This document shows, piece after piece, positions 22,800 to 35,250 of a stretch of 64,000 bases of DNA. The notes under the pieces are model-generated. The model was given only the letters and a program-made list of their open reading frames with translations. It was not told the DNA's origin and made no database searches. The number at the start of each line of letters is the position of its first letter. The stretch's first letter is position 1. This DNA comes from Octopus vulgaris (taxonomy: Eukaryota): positions 37,510,001-37,574,000 of the forward strand of contig OX597839.1 in the NCBI GenBank assembly GCA_951406725.2, given 5' to 3'. The position numbers and the translations under genes were made by a program.

Positions 22800-23909
22800 C
22801 GTAGGAGTGACCGTGTGGTAAGTAGCTTGCTTAGCAATCACATGGTTCCGGGTTCAGTCCCACTGCAGTGGCGCCTTGGGCAAGTGTCTTCTGCTATAGC
22901 CTCAGGCCGACCAAAGCCTTGTGAGTAGATTTGGTAGACGGAAACTGAAAGAAGCCTGTCATTATATATATAGGCACAAGAATGGCTGTGTGGTAAGTTG
23001 CTTGCTTACCAACCACATGGTTCTGGGTTCAGTCCCACTGCAGTGGCGCCTTGGGCAAGTGTCTTCTGCTATAGCCTCAGGCCGACCAAAGCCTTGTGAG
23101 TAGATTTGGTAGACGGAAACTGAAAGAAGCCTGTCATTATATATATAGGCACAAGAATGGCTGTGTGGTAAGTTGCTTGCTTACCAACCACATGGTTCTG
23201 GGTTCAGTCCCACTGCAGTGGCGCCTTGGGCAAGTGTCTTCTGCTATAGCCTCTGGCCGACCAAAGCCTTGTGAGTGGATTTGGTAGACGGAAACTGAAA
23301 GAAGCCTGTCATTATATATATAGGCACAAGAATGGCTGTGTGGTAAGTTGCTTGCTTACCAACCACATGGTTCTGGGTTCAGTCCCACTGCAGTGGCGCC
23401 TTGGGCAAGTGTCTTCTGCTATAGCCTCTGGCCGACCAAAGCCTTGTGAGTGGATTTGGTAGACGGAAACTGAAAGAAGCCTGTCATTATATATATAGGT
23501 GCAAGAATGGCTGTGTGGTAAGTTGCTTGCTTACCAACCACATGGTTCCGGGTTCAGTCCCACTGCGTGGCACCTTCGGCAAGTGTCTTCTACTATAGCC
23601 TCAGGCTGACCAAAGCCTTGTGAGTGGATTTGGTAGACGGAAACTGAAAGAAGCTCTTTGTATATATGTGTGTATATATATGTATGTATGTATGTGTGTG
23701 TATCTTTGCCCCCCCCCCCCCCACATCGCTTGACAACCGATGCTGGTGTGTTTGCGTCCCCGTAACTTAGCAGTTCGGCAAAAAAGGGACCGAGAGAATA
23801 AGTACTAGGCTGACAAAGAATAAGTCCTGGGGTCGATTTGCTTGACTAAAGGCGGTGCTCCAGCATGGCCCCAGTCAGATGACTGAAACAAGTAAAAGAG
23901 TAAAAAGTA
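22800..23909 (+). repeat. Tandem array of four ~175-bp SINE-A heads followed by a complete SINE-A
   Basis: Period of 175 (repeated ORFs at 22921, 23096, 23271). Confidence 0.92.
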
Positions 23910-26126
23910 ATAGAATGCAACACACACCAAATTCACACACACACACACACACACACTTTTCCTTGTTTTAGTCATTAGACTGCAGCCATACTGGAGCACC
24001 ACCTTGAAAAATTTTTAGTTGAATGAATCAACCCAAGTACTTTTTTGTTTTCCAAAGCCTTGCACTTAGTCCATTGGTCTGCTTTGCTGAACGGCCAAGT
24101 TACAGGGACATAAACATACTAACACCAGTTTTCAAGCAGTGGTGGGGAACAAACACAGACACACACAAACACACATGTATAATATATTTCTTTACTACCC
24201 ACAAGGGGCTAAACATAGAGGGGACAAACAAGGACAGACACACGGATTAAGTCGATTACATCGACCCCCAGTGCGAAACTGGTGCTTAATTTATCGACCC
24301 CCGAAAGGATGAAAGTCAAAGTCGACCTCGGCGGAATTTGAACTCAGAACGTAACGTAACGACAGACGAAATACCGTTAAGCATTTCGCCCCGCGTGCTA
24401 ACGATTCTGCCATACAATGATGGGACGGTCAGTCGCTAAAGGAGAATTGTCGCAAGTCTGTTGGAAAAGGGTTGACCTGTGGGGGGAGCTGAACAACATG
24501 AGGCTCCTCCACCACCACCGCCGCCGCCAGCTGACTTTAGCATCGGGGGGGGGGGGGACAGCGTACCTTATCTACTTCCTCAGCTGACACTGTTCTACAA
24601 ACCAACATTTCTCAAGTGTCAGTAATGGACAGCAGACAGTTTGGCAGAAAGCCAACGCTAACAACCACTTCAACCAGAATAACCACTCTCAACTTTATCA
24701 TTATTATCATTAAGCTGTAACTGGCTCTTAATATCCAATATCAAATATACATATATATGTTAAATATACATACATGCATACACATACATATATATATGCA
24801 CAAACACACACACATGGACACATATACATAATACACACACAAGCGTACACAGATCTACACAAACCAGCAAACACAACCATACTCACACCTACATATAGTA
24901 TGTGTTCTGTAAGTCTGTCAGGTTTTCTGAATATAAAAAGAATGTAAATACGGGATTTCCTTCTGGGACACTGATCAAACACACACACACACACACACAC
25001 AAACAGATACATCTGCCACTCCCACTCTCTTATCTTCATTGTTATACACCAGTATTTCTCACATTACTGCCTCCTCCTCTACCATTCATTGTTGACATTC
25101 ATCTCTCTCTCTCTCTCTCTCTCTCTTCTACCACTCTTCCTCCCATCACACCACTCATGCCATTTCTATTCAATCTCCTTACCAACAACCATCATGCAGC
25201 AATCTCTCTCTCTCTCTCTCTCTCCCTTCCTCTACTCTCCTCTCTATCACCCCATTTTCTCCTGTCCTCTGCTATCCCTTTCTCTTCTATCTACCAGGGG
25301 TGAAAGAAAAGATCTGGTGCTAGTGAACAAAGAGGGACAACATAGAGTAGGGAGTTCTCTTTAGTCTCTAAAGCTGGTGCCACAATAGAATGCACCCACC
25401 CTGGACACTCTAAAAAGTGGCTGGGGATAGAAGAGATATCAAGCTATATAGAAAAACATGTTGAAATGGAATATAGAAGCAGGGTGTGGAGCCTGACCAG
25501 CCTAGGAGGGCAGTAAATCTGAATAGCTATTGATTCAGATCTGTGTAAGCCAAGCTAGCATGAAACAACAGGCAGAAAATTTATTATGATGATATACACA
25601 CACAACATTAATTTCCTCTGGCTCCCTTCCTCACACACACACACACACACACAGGGCATTCATTTTCTCTCACCCTCTCACACAAGCATATCACTAATTT
25701 TTTCTTGCTCTCTCTCTCTCAAAACACACACACACACACAGCCACTGCCATCATCTCCACTTTCCAATGCTTGCATGAGCTGAATGGTGTTCATTGAAGC
25801 CGGTTTTCTATGGCAGCAATTCCATCCTGTAGCTAACCTGTATCTGTTTCCGAGCCAGACAATATTTCCCTGTAACCAGACATGTTTTCCATGGAAGACT
25901 GGAAACAAATGACTTCACTCGTATGATTCTGGTTTACAACCATCAAAAGATGTCCAGACAAGAGTACACACAAACACACATATAGTCCACGTAGCAAATG
26001 TACAAACATGATTGATAGAAAAAGTACAAGTCTTTAAAAATCAATGAGTACTGCGGCTGATGCGTTTCACTAAAACTTCTTCAAGTGCATTACCCCAGCT
26101 AGGCTGCAGTCCAATGACTGAAACAA

Positions 26127-26174
<48 letters not shown>

Positions 26175-26176
<2 letters not shown>

Positions 26177-26569
26177 TCTTAACTCTTTTACTTGTTTCAG
26201 TCACTTGACTGCGGCCATGCTGGAGCACCGCCTTTTTAATCGAGCAACTCGACCCCGGGACTTATTCTTTTTTTGTAAGCCCAGTACTTATTCTATTGGT
26301 CTCTTTTGCCGAACCGCTAAGTGACGGGGACGTAAAACACACCAGCATCGGTTGTCAAGCAATGCTAGGGGGACAGACACACACACACACATACACATAC
26401 ATATATATGACGGGCTTCTTTCAGTTTCCGTCTACCAAATCCACTCACAAGGCTTTGGTCGGCCTGAGGCTATAGTATAAGACACTTGCCCAAGGCGCCA
26501 CTGCAGTAGGACTGAATCCGGAACCATGTGGTTGGTAAACAAGCTACTTACCACACAGCCACTCCTGCG
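26175..26569 (-). mobile_element. SINE family A
   Basis: Full length. Confidence 0.9.
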
Positions 26570-27259
26570 ACATATATATATATATAAAATATACAGGGTA
26601 GGAAAATTATAGAAATTTTTCTGCCAGTGGCTAGCATGTATGAAATAGTCAATAGACTACATGTAAGGTGTCAATCTCAGAGAAACATGTAGCCAATCAG
26701 TTTATCATCATCATCATCATTTAATGTCCCTTTTCCATGCTGACATGGGCCGGACAGTTTGACTGAAAACTGGTAAGCTGCACCAGCTTCCGATGTGATT
26801 TGACAAGGTTTCTATGAATGCCCCTTCCTAATGCCAACCACTCCAGGAGTGTAGTGGGTGTTTTTTTTATGTGCTAGTGACATCAGCCATGACTACAGTC
26901 TCACCCGGCTTCACAAGTCTACACAAGCATGGTATATCACCAAAGGTCACTGCCTCCATGACACCCGACGTTCAAACGGTGCTTTTTATGTGCCACCGGC
27001 ATGTGTGCCAGTCAGGTGGCACTGGCATCAGCCATGACTACAATTTCACTTGACTCGACAGGTCTTCGCAAGCACAGCACATCACCCAACATTTGAAGGA
27101 TGCTGTTAACAGGCCAGGCATCCAGCTGTAGAAACTCTGCCAGATCAAGATTGGAGCCTGGTGCAGCCATCTGGTTCGCCAGCCCTCAGTCAAAATCGTC
27201 CAACCCACGCTAGCATGGAAAGCGGACGTTAAATGATGATGATGATGATGATGAGTTAC

Positions 27260-27595
27260 ACGACACTAGCATAAGCCACAACTATGATCTCACTTGGCTT
27301 GATGGGTCTTCTCAATCACAGCATATTGCCAAAGATCCTGGTTGCTTGTCATTGCATCTGTGAAGCCCAACATTCGAAGATTGTGCTTCACCACCTTATC
27401 CCATGTCTTCCTGGGTCTACCTCTTACAGGTTACCTCCACCAATGACTCTTCTTCACACAGCAGTCCCCCATATGCACCACATGACCATACCAGTGCAGT
27501 CGTCTCTCATGCACACCACCTCTTATACCTCTTATGCCCAACTTTTCTCTCAGGATGCTTACACTGTGTCATGCATGCACTCTGACATTACACTT
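27260..27595 (-). mobile_element. RTE-clade LINE 3' fragment
   Basis: LREKLGIRG...RRLHWYGHV...RGRPRKTW on the minus strand. Confidence 0.7.
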
Positions 27596-27797
27596 ATATA
27601 CACAAGAAATCCAGTAGCTACAGAGAACTGGGTCTATTGATTCGCAGGTAATAAGTATTTAACACTTTATTGAATATCAGCAGCCTGTCTACAGGGATCT
27701 TAGTCTGCACAGTTTCAAGACGTGATACATTGAAATCCATATAGTAGATATACAACCATGGAAAATTTAAACATACATACATACAAATATATATATA

Positions 27798-28176
27798 CTA
27801 GCAGTATCGCCCGGCGTTGCTCGGGTTTGTAAGGGAAATAACTATATAAGCATTTTTAGAGAGTTATAGCCAAAAAATAGCAAAAAAATGCATTAAAAAT
27901 GGAAAAAAAATTATGGTAAATTTTTTTAATCGTTGACTCATCGTACACATTTTTAGAGAGTTACTTCCCTTATATAACAGCGAAAAAATGCATTAAAATG
28001 GAAAAAAATGATGGTAAATTTTTTTTTAAATTGTAGACTCATCGTAGACGCGCACTAATACCCAGAAGGGCTCGATATGAATCACGACTATAAACTGCAC
28101 CGCAAAATGTGGGAGTAGTTAGGAATCTAAATCGTAGGAGACAGACAGCACACAACCTCTCTTTTATATATAAAGA
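27798..28176 (-). mobile_element. Non-autonomous Helitron
   Basis: Minus strand A|TCTTTATATATAAAAG ... subterminal GC hairpin (acccgagcaacgccgggc) ... CTAG|T; no TSD. Confidence 0.85.
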
Positions 28177-28391
28177 TTAATTCAAGAAATGGAGAAAAAG
28201 ACAACAAGAAAAAAACAACAACGTGATGACATATTACATGTAAAGTATTAATAAGATGCTCAGAGAAGGAAAAGAGTGGTTGTTTTATGTTTCGAGCATA
28301 GCTCTTCTTCGGAAACAGGAAATGTGAGGAAGTCCAAAGGAAAAGAAGGGAGGAAGAAAAAAATCTCCTGAAATGTATATATAAAACTATA

Positions 28392-28772
28392 GGCAGAGCG
28401 TGGCTGTGTGGTTTCAGGTTCAGTCCCGTTGCATAGCACCTTGAGCAAGTGTCTTCTTCTATAGCCTCGGGCCAACCAAAGCCTTGTGAGTGGGTTTGGT
28501 AGATGGAAACTGAAAGAAGCCTGTCGTATATATATATATACACACACACACATACACAATATATATATATTATATGTGTCTCTGTTGTACCCCCGCACCA
28601 CTGCTTGACAACTGGTGTTGGTGTGTTTATGTCCCTGTAACTTAGCAGTTTAGCAACAGAGACCAATAGAATAAGTACCAGACTTACACAGAATAAGTCC
28701 TGGGTGTCAATTTGTTTGACTAAAAAGGCAGTGCTCCAGTACGGCCGCAGTCAAATGACTGAAACAAAAGAA
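28392..28772 (+). mobile_element. SINE family A, diverged
   Basis: Head, core and tail. Confidence 0.85.
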
Positions 28773-29148
28773 CAAATGAAAAAGCACATCAAACAGGCTT
28801 CTTTCAGTCTCCATTTGCCAAATCCACTCACAAGGTTTTGGTTGGCCCAAGATTATGCTAGAAGATACTTTCCCAAAGTGCTGTGCAGTGGGACTGAACC
28901 GAAAAGCTTCTTAATCACACTGCCGTGTCCAGAAGGTCATGGCACTGCATGAAATAAATTTTACACACATACTCTCACATACACACACCACTAGCGTAGC
29001 TGGAGTGGGGGTGCGATCTGCACTGGGCGGTTCTTTTGGGTCTGCTGTAGGCAATATGTGTTTTTGTTTTTCGTAGGGTCTGGGGGTGGCAAATGGAAGG
29101 GTCGCACACACTTTTGTGCCCAACAAAACATAAAACCCACATACATAC

Positions 29149-29276
29149 CTTCTTCAGTTTTAAGTCCAATCTGTAACAATTTCATCAAACGGTCTGAGGG
29201 TGGACAGGCTGGGTAACATCGGACAGTCGTAGCAAGGCTGGATGCAATTGTTTGATGACCATCATAAAACAGCTGG
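29149..29276 (-). CDS. CSTF1: CSTF1 exon 2 (SQLFYDGHQTIASSLATTVRCYPACPPSDRLMKLLQIGLKTEE), N-terminal dimerisation domain
   Basis: tag acceptor and gtatgt donor; matches human SQLLYDGY...CAPSEQLLHLIKLG. Confidence 0.93.
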
Positions 29277-29325
29277 CTACAATAGAAGGTAAACAGTTAC
29301 TCCTAAATCGGTGTTGACAGAAAAG

Positions 29326-30752
29326 CAGGCCCGGCCAACTCGAATTACATTGCAGGCCACTTTAATCACAGAAAGTTTTTTGAGGGCCACTTGTATACCG
29401 TAAAATGAGTTAAGAGAGGTAAGGCGAAGATTGAGGGAGATTTAGTTGTTTTTTTCTGTTAGAGAGATCACCTGTGTAAAGGTTCCTCCTGTGCAGGGCT
29501 GGCCGACCTGAGGTTGTGGGGCTGCATGCGGTCTGCAGAAACGTAAAATGCACCAATCCGACTGTGGCCGTTGCCAGCCTCGCCTGGCACCTGTACGGGT
29601 GGCACGTAAAAAGCACCCACTACACTCATAGAGCGGTTGGCGTTAGGAGGGGCATCCAGCCGTAGGAACACTGCCAGATCAGACTGGAACCTGGTGCAGC
29701 CTTCTGGGTTCCCAGACCCCAGTTGAACTGTCCAACCCATGCTAGCATGGAAAGCGGACGCTAAATGATGATGATGATGAATAATGATTTCTTTATTAAC
29801 CACAAGGGTTAACATTAAGAAAAACTTTATGGACATCACAGGACAAAACAAAGAATGTGTGTAAGTGTGTGAATGTGTGTAGTTGTGAGGGTTTTGCATG
29901 TAAACAAGACTAACAAAAAAAAAAGACCCCAAAACAATATGTAATCCTCAATAGAGATAAGACATTTGAGGGCTGCTCATGGAAACCACCCCTAAAAAAA
30001 CCCATGGGTACCCTGACTTTTGGGGCAGGTGCCTTTTTTTTCCTTTTTCCATGCTAGCATGGAGAACGGACGTTAAACGATGATGATGATGATATACTGA
30101 CTGAATTGAAAGCATTTTGCTCTCTCGTGCTGTTATTACAATCCTTAATGAATGATCGTGGATTCAACATGAAATATTATCATTGCAATAACAGTAGTAT
30201 CTTTCTTTTTTAATTCTCTTTACTCTTTTACTCTTTTACTTGTTTCAGTCATTTGACTGCGGCCATGCTGGAGCACCGCCTTTAGTCGAGCAAATCGACT
30301 CCGGGACTTATTCTTTTGTAAGCCTAGTACTTATTCTATCGGTCTCTTTTGCCGAACTGCTAAGTGATGGGGACGTAAACACACCAGCATCGGTTGTCAA
30401 GCAATGCTAGGGGGACAAACACAGACACACAAATAGACACACACATACATATATATATACATATATACGATGGGCTTCTTTCAGTTTCCGTCTACCAAAT
30501 CCACTCACAAGGCATTGGTCGGCCCGGGGCTATAGCAGAAGGCACTTGCCCAAGATGCCACGCAGTGGGACTGAACCCAGAACCATGTGGTTGGTTAGCA
30601 AGCTACTTACCACACAGCCACCTTTAATTTTTGATAAAATTTTTTTTTAAATGTGTTTAAATAAACCCATTTCAAGTAGGTATCAAGTGGGCCACAAGAT
30701 AAAAGTCTGCAGGCCGCATGCAGCCCCAAAGACCTCAGGTTGGCCAGCCCTG
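29326..30752. mobile_element. hAT-like MITE carrying an embedded SINE-A (30215-30621) and later insertions
   Basis: TIRs CAGGCCCGGCCAAC / GTTGGCCAGCCCTG; interior shared with 59061-60037. Confidence 0.7.
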
Positions 30753-31057
30753 CACAGCTGGCAGAATCGTTAGCACGCCGGGCGAAATGCGTAGCCGTAT
30801 TTCGTCTGCCGTTACATTCTGAGTTCAAATTCCGCCGAGGTTGACTTTGCCTTTCATCCTTTCGGGGTCGATAAATTAAGTACCAGTTACGCACTGGGGT
30901 TCGATGTAATCGACTTAATCCGTTTGTCTGTCCTTGTTTGTCCCCTCTATGTTTAGCCCCTTGTGGGTAGTAAAGAAATTTGGAGGAACCTTTACACAGG
31001 TGATCTCTCAAACAGAAAAAAACAACTAAATCTCCCTCAATCTTCACCTTACCTCTC

Positions 31058-31518
31058 TTAACCCATTAAGTCCCAGACTACTTAAATTTCTGAATATTAC
31101 TTTTAAATTTTTACAGATGATTGAAAATAGGTTAAAATGAAAAAAATAATTATTAAAACTCCTTTAATAAGGAGTTTTAATAGAAATGGAAATATTCGGT
31201 GTCCTATAAATAGGACACTGAGACAATGTGATATAGCTTATTTAATGTTCTCATTTAGTGTCCTATTTGTAGGACAGTGGGACTTAATGGGTTAACCTTT
31301 TGCCTGTACTGTGTATCGTATGTGATACACAGGACATATTTCCCTGTTATCCATGCATCATATATGACACACATTCCCAATTTTGTTCAACCACCAGAAT
31401 AACTTGCCCCTTAAGAAATCACTCAGAACTTAGAAAACAAGGGTTAGTGAAAAGTCTGGAAACAAGCATGGACGTTTAGGACAAACTTGAGAAAATGATT
31501 TAGCAGGCAAAAGGTTAA
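31058..31518. mobile_element. Two different TTAA MITEs sharing the TTAA at 31292-31295
   Basis: TTAA CCCATTAAGTCCCA...TGGGACTTAATGGG TTAA CCTTTTGCCTG...CAGGCAAAAGG TTAA. Confidence 0.8.
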
Positions 31519-32796
31519 AGATGAATAAATATATTGGATGACTCATCACTCAGTTTTGGAAACATGATAGGACGGCCATGGTTAGAATGTCCGTCAGGCT
31601 GGACAATAAAGATTCGTCACAGAAAACATCACCATCACTTAAAATCAACAGTAAATGAGTTTCAGCAATAGTTGGGAAGTTAATCTTGTGATGGACTAGT
31701 GACCCATCCAGTGGTGGTGGGGAGAGTTGTAATTTCTATCATTTATATGTCATGGAAACCAAATTAAGCTCCAGACTTAATGAGCCCTGGGGCACATGAT
31801 GGATCTAAGTCCAAGTCCTGATCTTTTTGTACCCATATTTCTAATAAAATACACTGCCCTTTTTTTAAAATTAATTTTGAAACGAATGAAGAATTTAGTA
31901 AAATAACTTTGTTATTATTAAACTGATGCTTGGAATAGAAACTAACACGAAATGTTGATGGGAGTTTCTAGTTTACATTACTTAAAAACGAATATCTCGT
32001 ATCATTCAGCCAGGGTGTTTTCAGACAAGTTGAAAGCAAGAATCTATTGTTCAACTTCTAGATTTTAGAAGCAAAGATCACAAGTGCAAAACAGCTGACC
32101 TTTATGACAATACATGTTTTGATTTAATTTTCTGACCCAAACAACTATATCAAGCAAACTATGTAGACATTTTTGGAAGGAGCATTCCATTAATATTTCC
32201 TGTGTTGAAGGCAGCGAGCTCGCAGAAACGTTAGCAAGCTGTGCAAAATGCTTAACAGTATTTCCTCTGTTTTTACATTCTGAGTTCAAATTCCACTGAG
32301 GTCAACGTTGCCTTCCATCCTTTCAGGGTCAATAAATTAAGTACCAGTTGCGTACTGGAGTTGATCTAATCGACTGGCACCCTGCCCACAAATTTCGGGC
32401 CTTGTGCCTAGAGAAGAAAAGAATATTTATTGTGTTGATATTCTTTGATTTTTCTATTTGTTTCAGTGACTTGACTGTGGCCTCCCAGGCACAAGTCTAG
32501 GCAAGGTTGTTCATGGAAGATCAGCAGTCGCCCATGCATACCAGCCTCTCCTCTCAACGCCACTAGTGTTATCCAAGGGAAAAGCAAAGGGGCGAATACA
32601 GTTTGGCACTTGTGACGTCGCAACTCATTTCTACAGCTGAGTGAACTGGAGCAACGTGAGATAAAGTTTCTTGCTCAAGAACACCACATGCAGTCCGGTC
32701 CGGGATGCGAACTCACAACCTCACGATCGTAAGCTCGACGCTCTAACCACTGAGCCTTGCATCTTATATTAGAAGATATGTATATATATATATATA

Positions 32797-33198
32797 GGCG
32801 CAAGAGTGGCTGTGTGGTAAGTAGCTTGCTAACCAACCACATGGTTCCGAGTTCAGTCCCATTGCGTGGCATCTTGGGCAAGTGTCTTCTGCTATAGCCC
32901 CGGGCCGACCAAAGCCTTGTGAGTGGATTTGGTAGATGGAAACTGAAAGAAGCCTGTCGTATATATGTATATATATATATATAAGTGTGTGTGTGTGTGT
33001 GTCTGTGTTTGTCCCCCTAGCATTGCTTGACAACCGATGCTAGTGTGTTTACGTCCCCGTCACTTAGCGGTTCGGCAAAAGAGACTGATAGAATAAGTAC
33101 TAGGCTTACAAAGAATAAGTCCCGATGTCGATTTGCTCGACTAAAGGCGGTGCTCCAGCATGGCCGCAGTCAAAATGACTGAAACAAGTAAAAGAGTA
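32797..33198 (+). mobile_element. SINE family A
   Basis: Full length. Confidence 0.9.
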
Positions 33199-33312
33199 TA
33201 TCTGCTAACTCGGAAGCCTAATACGGATCCCTAGCTCCTGCCTTAGATGTGAACTGGGAACCTAACGGATGACCAATTATAGCATTTACACAGCATACCT
33301 ATTCGTTTAGAT

Positions 33313-33603
33313 CAGTGGTTCCGAAACCATTGCTGGCTGTCCCCTCCCCCCCTTGGCACCCTCACCCCGCTCCACCGAACTCACCACCACAAACATAGAC
33401 CACTCTCTGCAGCAAAGTCAAAACGACTGTGTTTCACAAATAAAAGTTAACATAATTAATCCATTATTTTGGAAGTTTTTTTTTACACACACTGCCTCAT
33501 TTCGGCTACCCCATTATCACCCCCACTTTTCTTCAACGTCCTCCTGAGGCTTTCCCCCGCCCCTGGGGACAGTGGGTAGTACCGCCCACTTTGGGAACCA
33601 CTG
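33313..33603. mobile_element. hAT-type MITE
   Basis: CAGTGGTTCC...GGAACCACTG; imperfect TSD. Confidence 0.7.
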
Positions 33604-34380
33604 AACTTAGATCACCAGTGAACTAAACCCCGCATATTCTTCATTTATATATATATATATTTTTTTTATTACCCACAAGGGGCTAAACACAGAGGGGACA
33701 AACAAGGACAGACATAGGTATTGAGTCGATTACTTCGACCCCAGTGCGTAACTGGTACTTTATTTATCGACCCCGAAAGGATGAAAGGCAAAGTCGACCT
33801 CGGCGGAATTTGAACTCACAACGTAACGCAGACGAAATACCGCTAAGCATTTCGCCCGGCGTGCTAACGTTTCTGCCAGCTCGCCGTTATATATATATTG
33901 AACACATACACAGCAACTGATGGAACAAAGTGTTTCGTTATAAACACACTTCATTCTTCATCGTTAATTTTAAGAGAAAATTCTTATATGTCATGTTCAT
34001 TCCATTCCTATTCCAAATTCTTATTCCCCTTTACTCATTCATGTTTTATATTTGAATAAATTAAGCGCTCTCAGTTCGTGTTATTTGCGCTGAAACACAA
34101 CCGTCAAAATAAACATGCAAAGGAGATGCACAAAAAAAACATTAACTATTTCAATGCTGCCCATCATTAAATAGATTGTATGTGTTTATGTAATCCGTTG
34201 ACATAAAGGCTTTGTTGGTGATTTACGTTTACAAGTTCGTCGAACAGACTAAATTATTTTGCCTCGAGGAAGAGCAAGAAGTACGTTTTCAACGGTCCAT
34301 TTAACATACCTTTAGTACCTTGAGGTACACAATTTCTATGTATATCTCTATATGTGTGTGTGTGTATGTGTGTGCATACA

Positions 34381-34585
34381 CAGTATTTTCCGACATGCAA
34401 GTCGACGAGGTACCCAGTGTATAAACGTGTAAACATTCAAACATTGTCACTATCTTGCCAAACAGTGTAGCATTTCACAGGGAATTTTTGGTCCTCCTAA
34501 GTCGCCTTGATGCATAAGTCAAAATACCTTTTTGGGGTTGTAAATTTTGGTCTAAAAAATTTGGTTTATATGTCGGAAAGTACGG
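34381..34585. mobile_element. Tc1/mariner (pogo-like) MITE
   Basis: CAGTATTTTCCGACAT ... ATGTCGGAAAGTACGG. Confidence 0.65.
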
Positions 34586-34669
34586 TGTGTGTGAACCATA
34601 AGTTTACAAGAGTCCAACATTTTGTGCAGGTCCATTCTGCGTACTTCACGTATCTTGAAATACATAACT

Positions 34670-34705
<36 letters not shown>

Positions 34706-34846
34706 TAAACAAATCAACGGGGGGAGGGGAATTTTGAATAATATCAGAGGTTTTAAGGAAAGAATGTTGAACATTAAACGATGGGGTTGTGTGAAATAAA
34801 TACTTGAAATCAATAAAAACAACAGATAAAGTTCTACTGAATCTAC

Positions 34847-34899
34847 CTGACAATCAGCCGGTATAAATTTTCACGAACTTTCGCTTCTATATCACCCAT
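34847..34899 (-). CDS. CSTF1: CSTF1 coding exon 1 (MGDIEAKVRENLYRLIVS)
   Basis: ATG at 34899-34897; resembles the CstF-50 N-terminus (human KDRQQLYKLIIS); donor AG|gtagat, phase 2, matches exon 2. Confidence 0.9.
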
Positions 34900-35250
34900 T
34901 TCGTTAAAAAAAACAAACACGTGGAAGATTTGTAAACAGATTCAAAACTTGGTGGAAAAGACAGATTTAAACCGACCGGTGAATAGCGAAAAAGAGTCTC
35001 CTGTTATCTAAAATCCCCGGTCCAAGAAAAATGTTTTATCGCTTTTGGGTAATTTTAGTAATATAATTCGTAAAATATTTTCTAAAGCATAATAAGCAGC
35101 AATGCAGTGGAGAGATATAGACTATGAAATCAAGTAACAGACGATCGAAATATGAAAAAAATAGAGTTAAACACGGCATGATACATGGAGACATAACGGA
35201 ATAACACAAGTAGATCATAGGGCACTCTACCAACGGGAAAAAGAGGTAAG
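34900..35250 (-). promoter_or_regulatory. Probable CSTF1 5' UTR / proximal promoter
   Basis: Unique, repeat-free sequence with retained CpGs directly upstream of the ATG; TSS cannot be placed. Confidence 0.45.
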
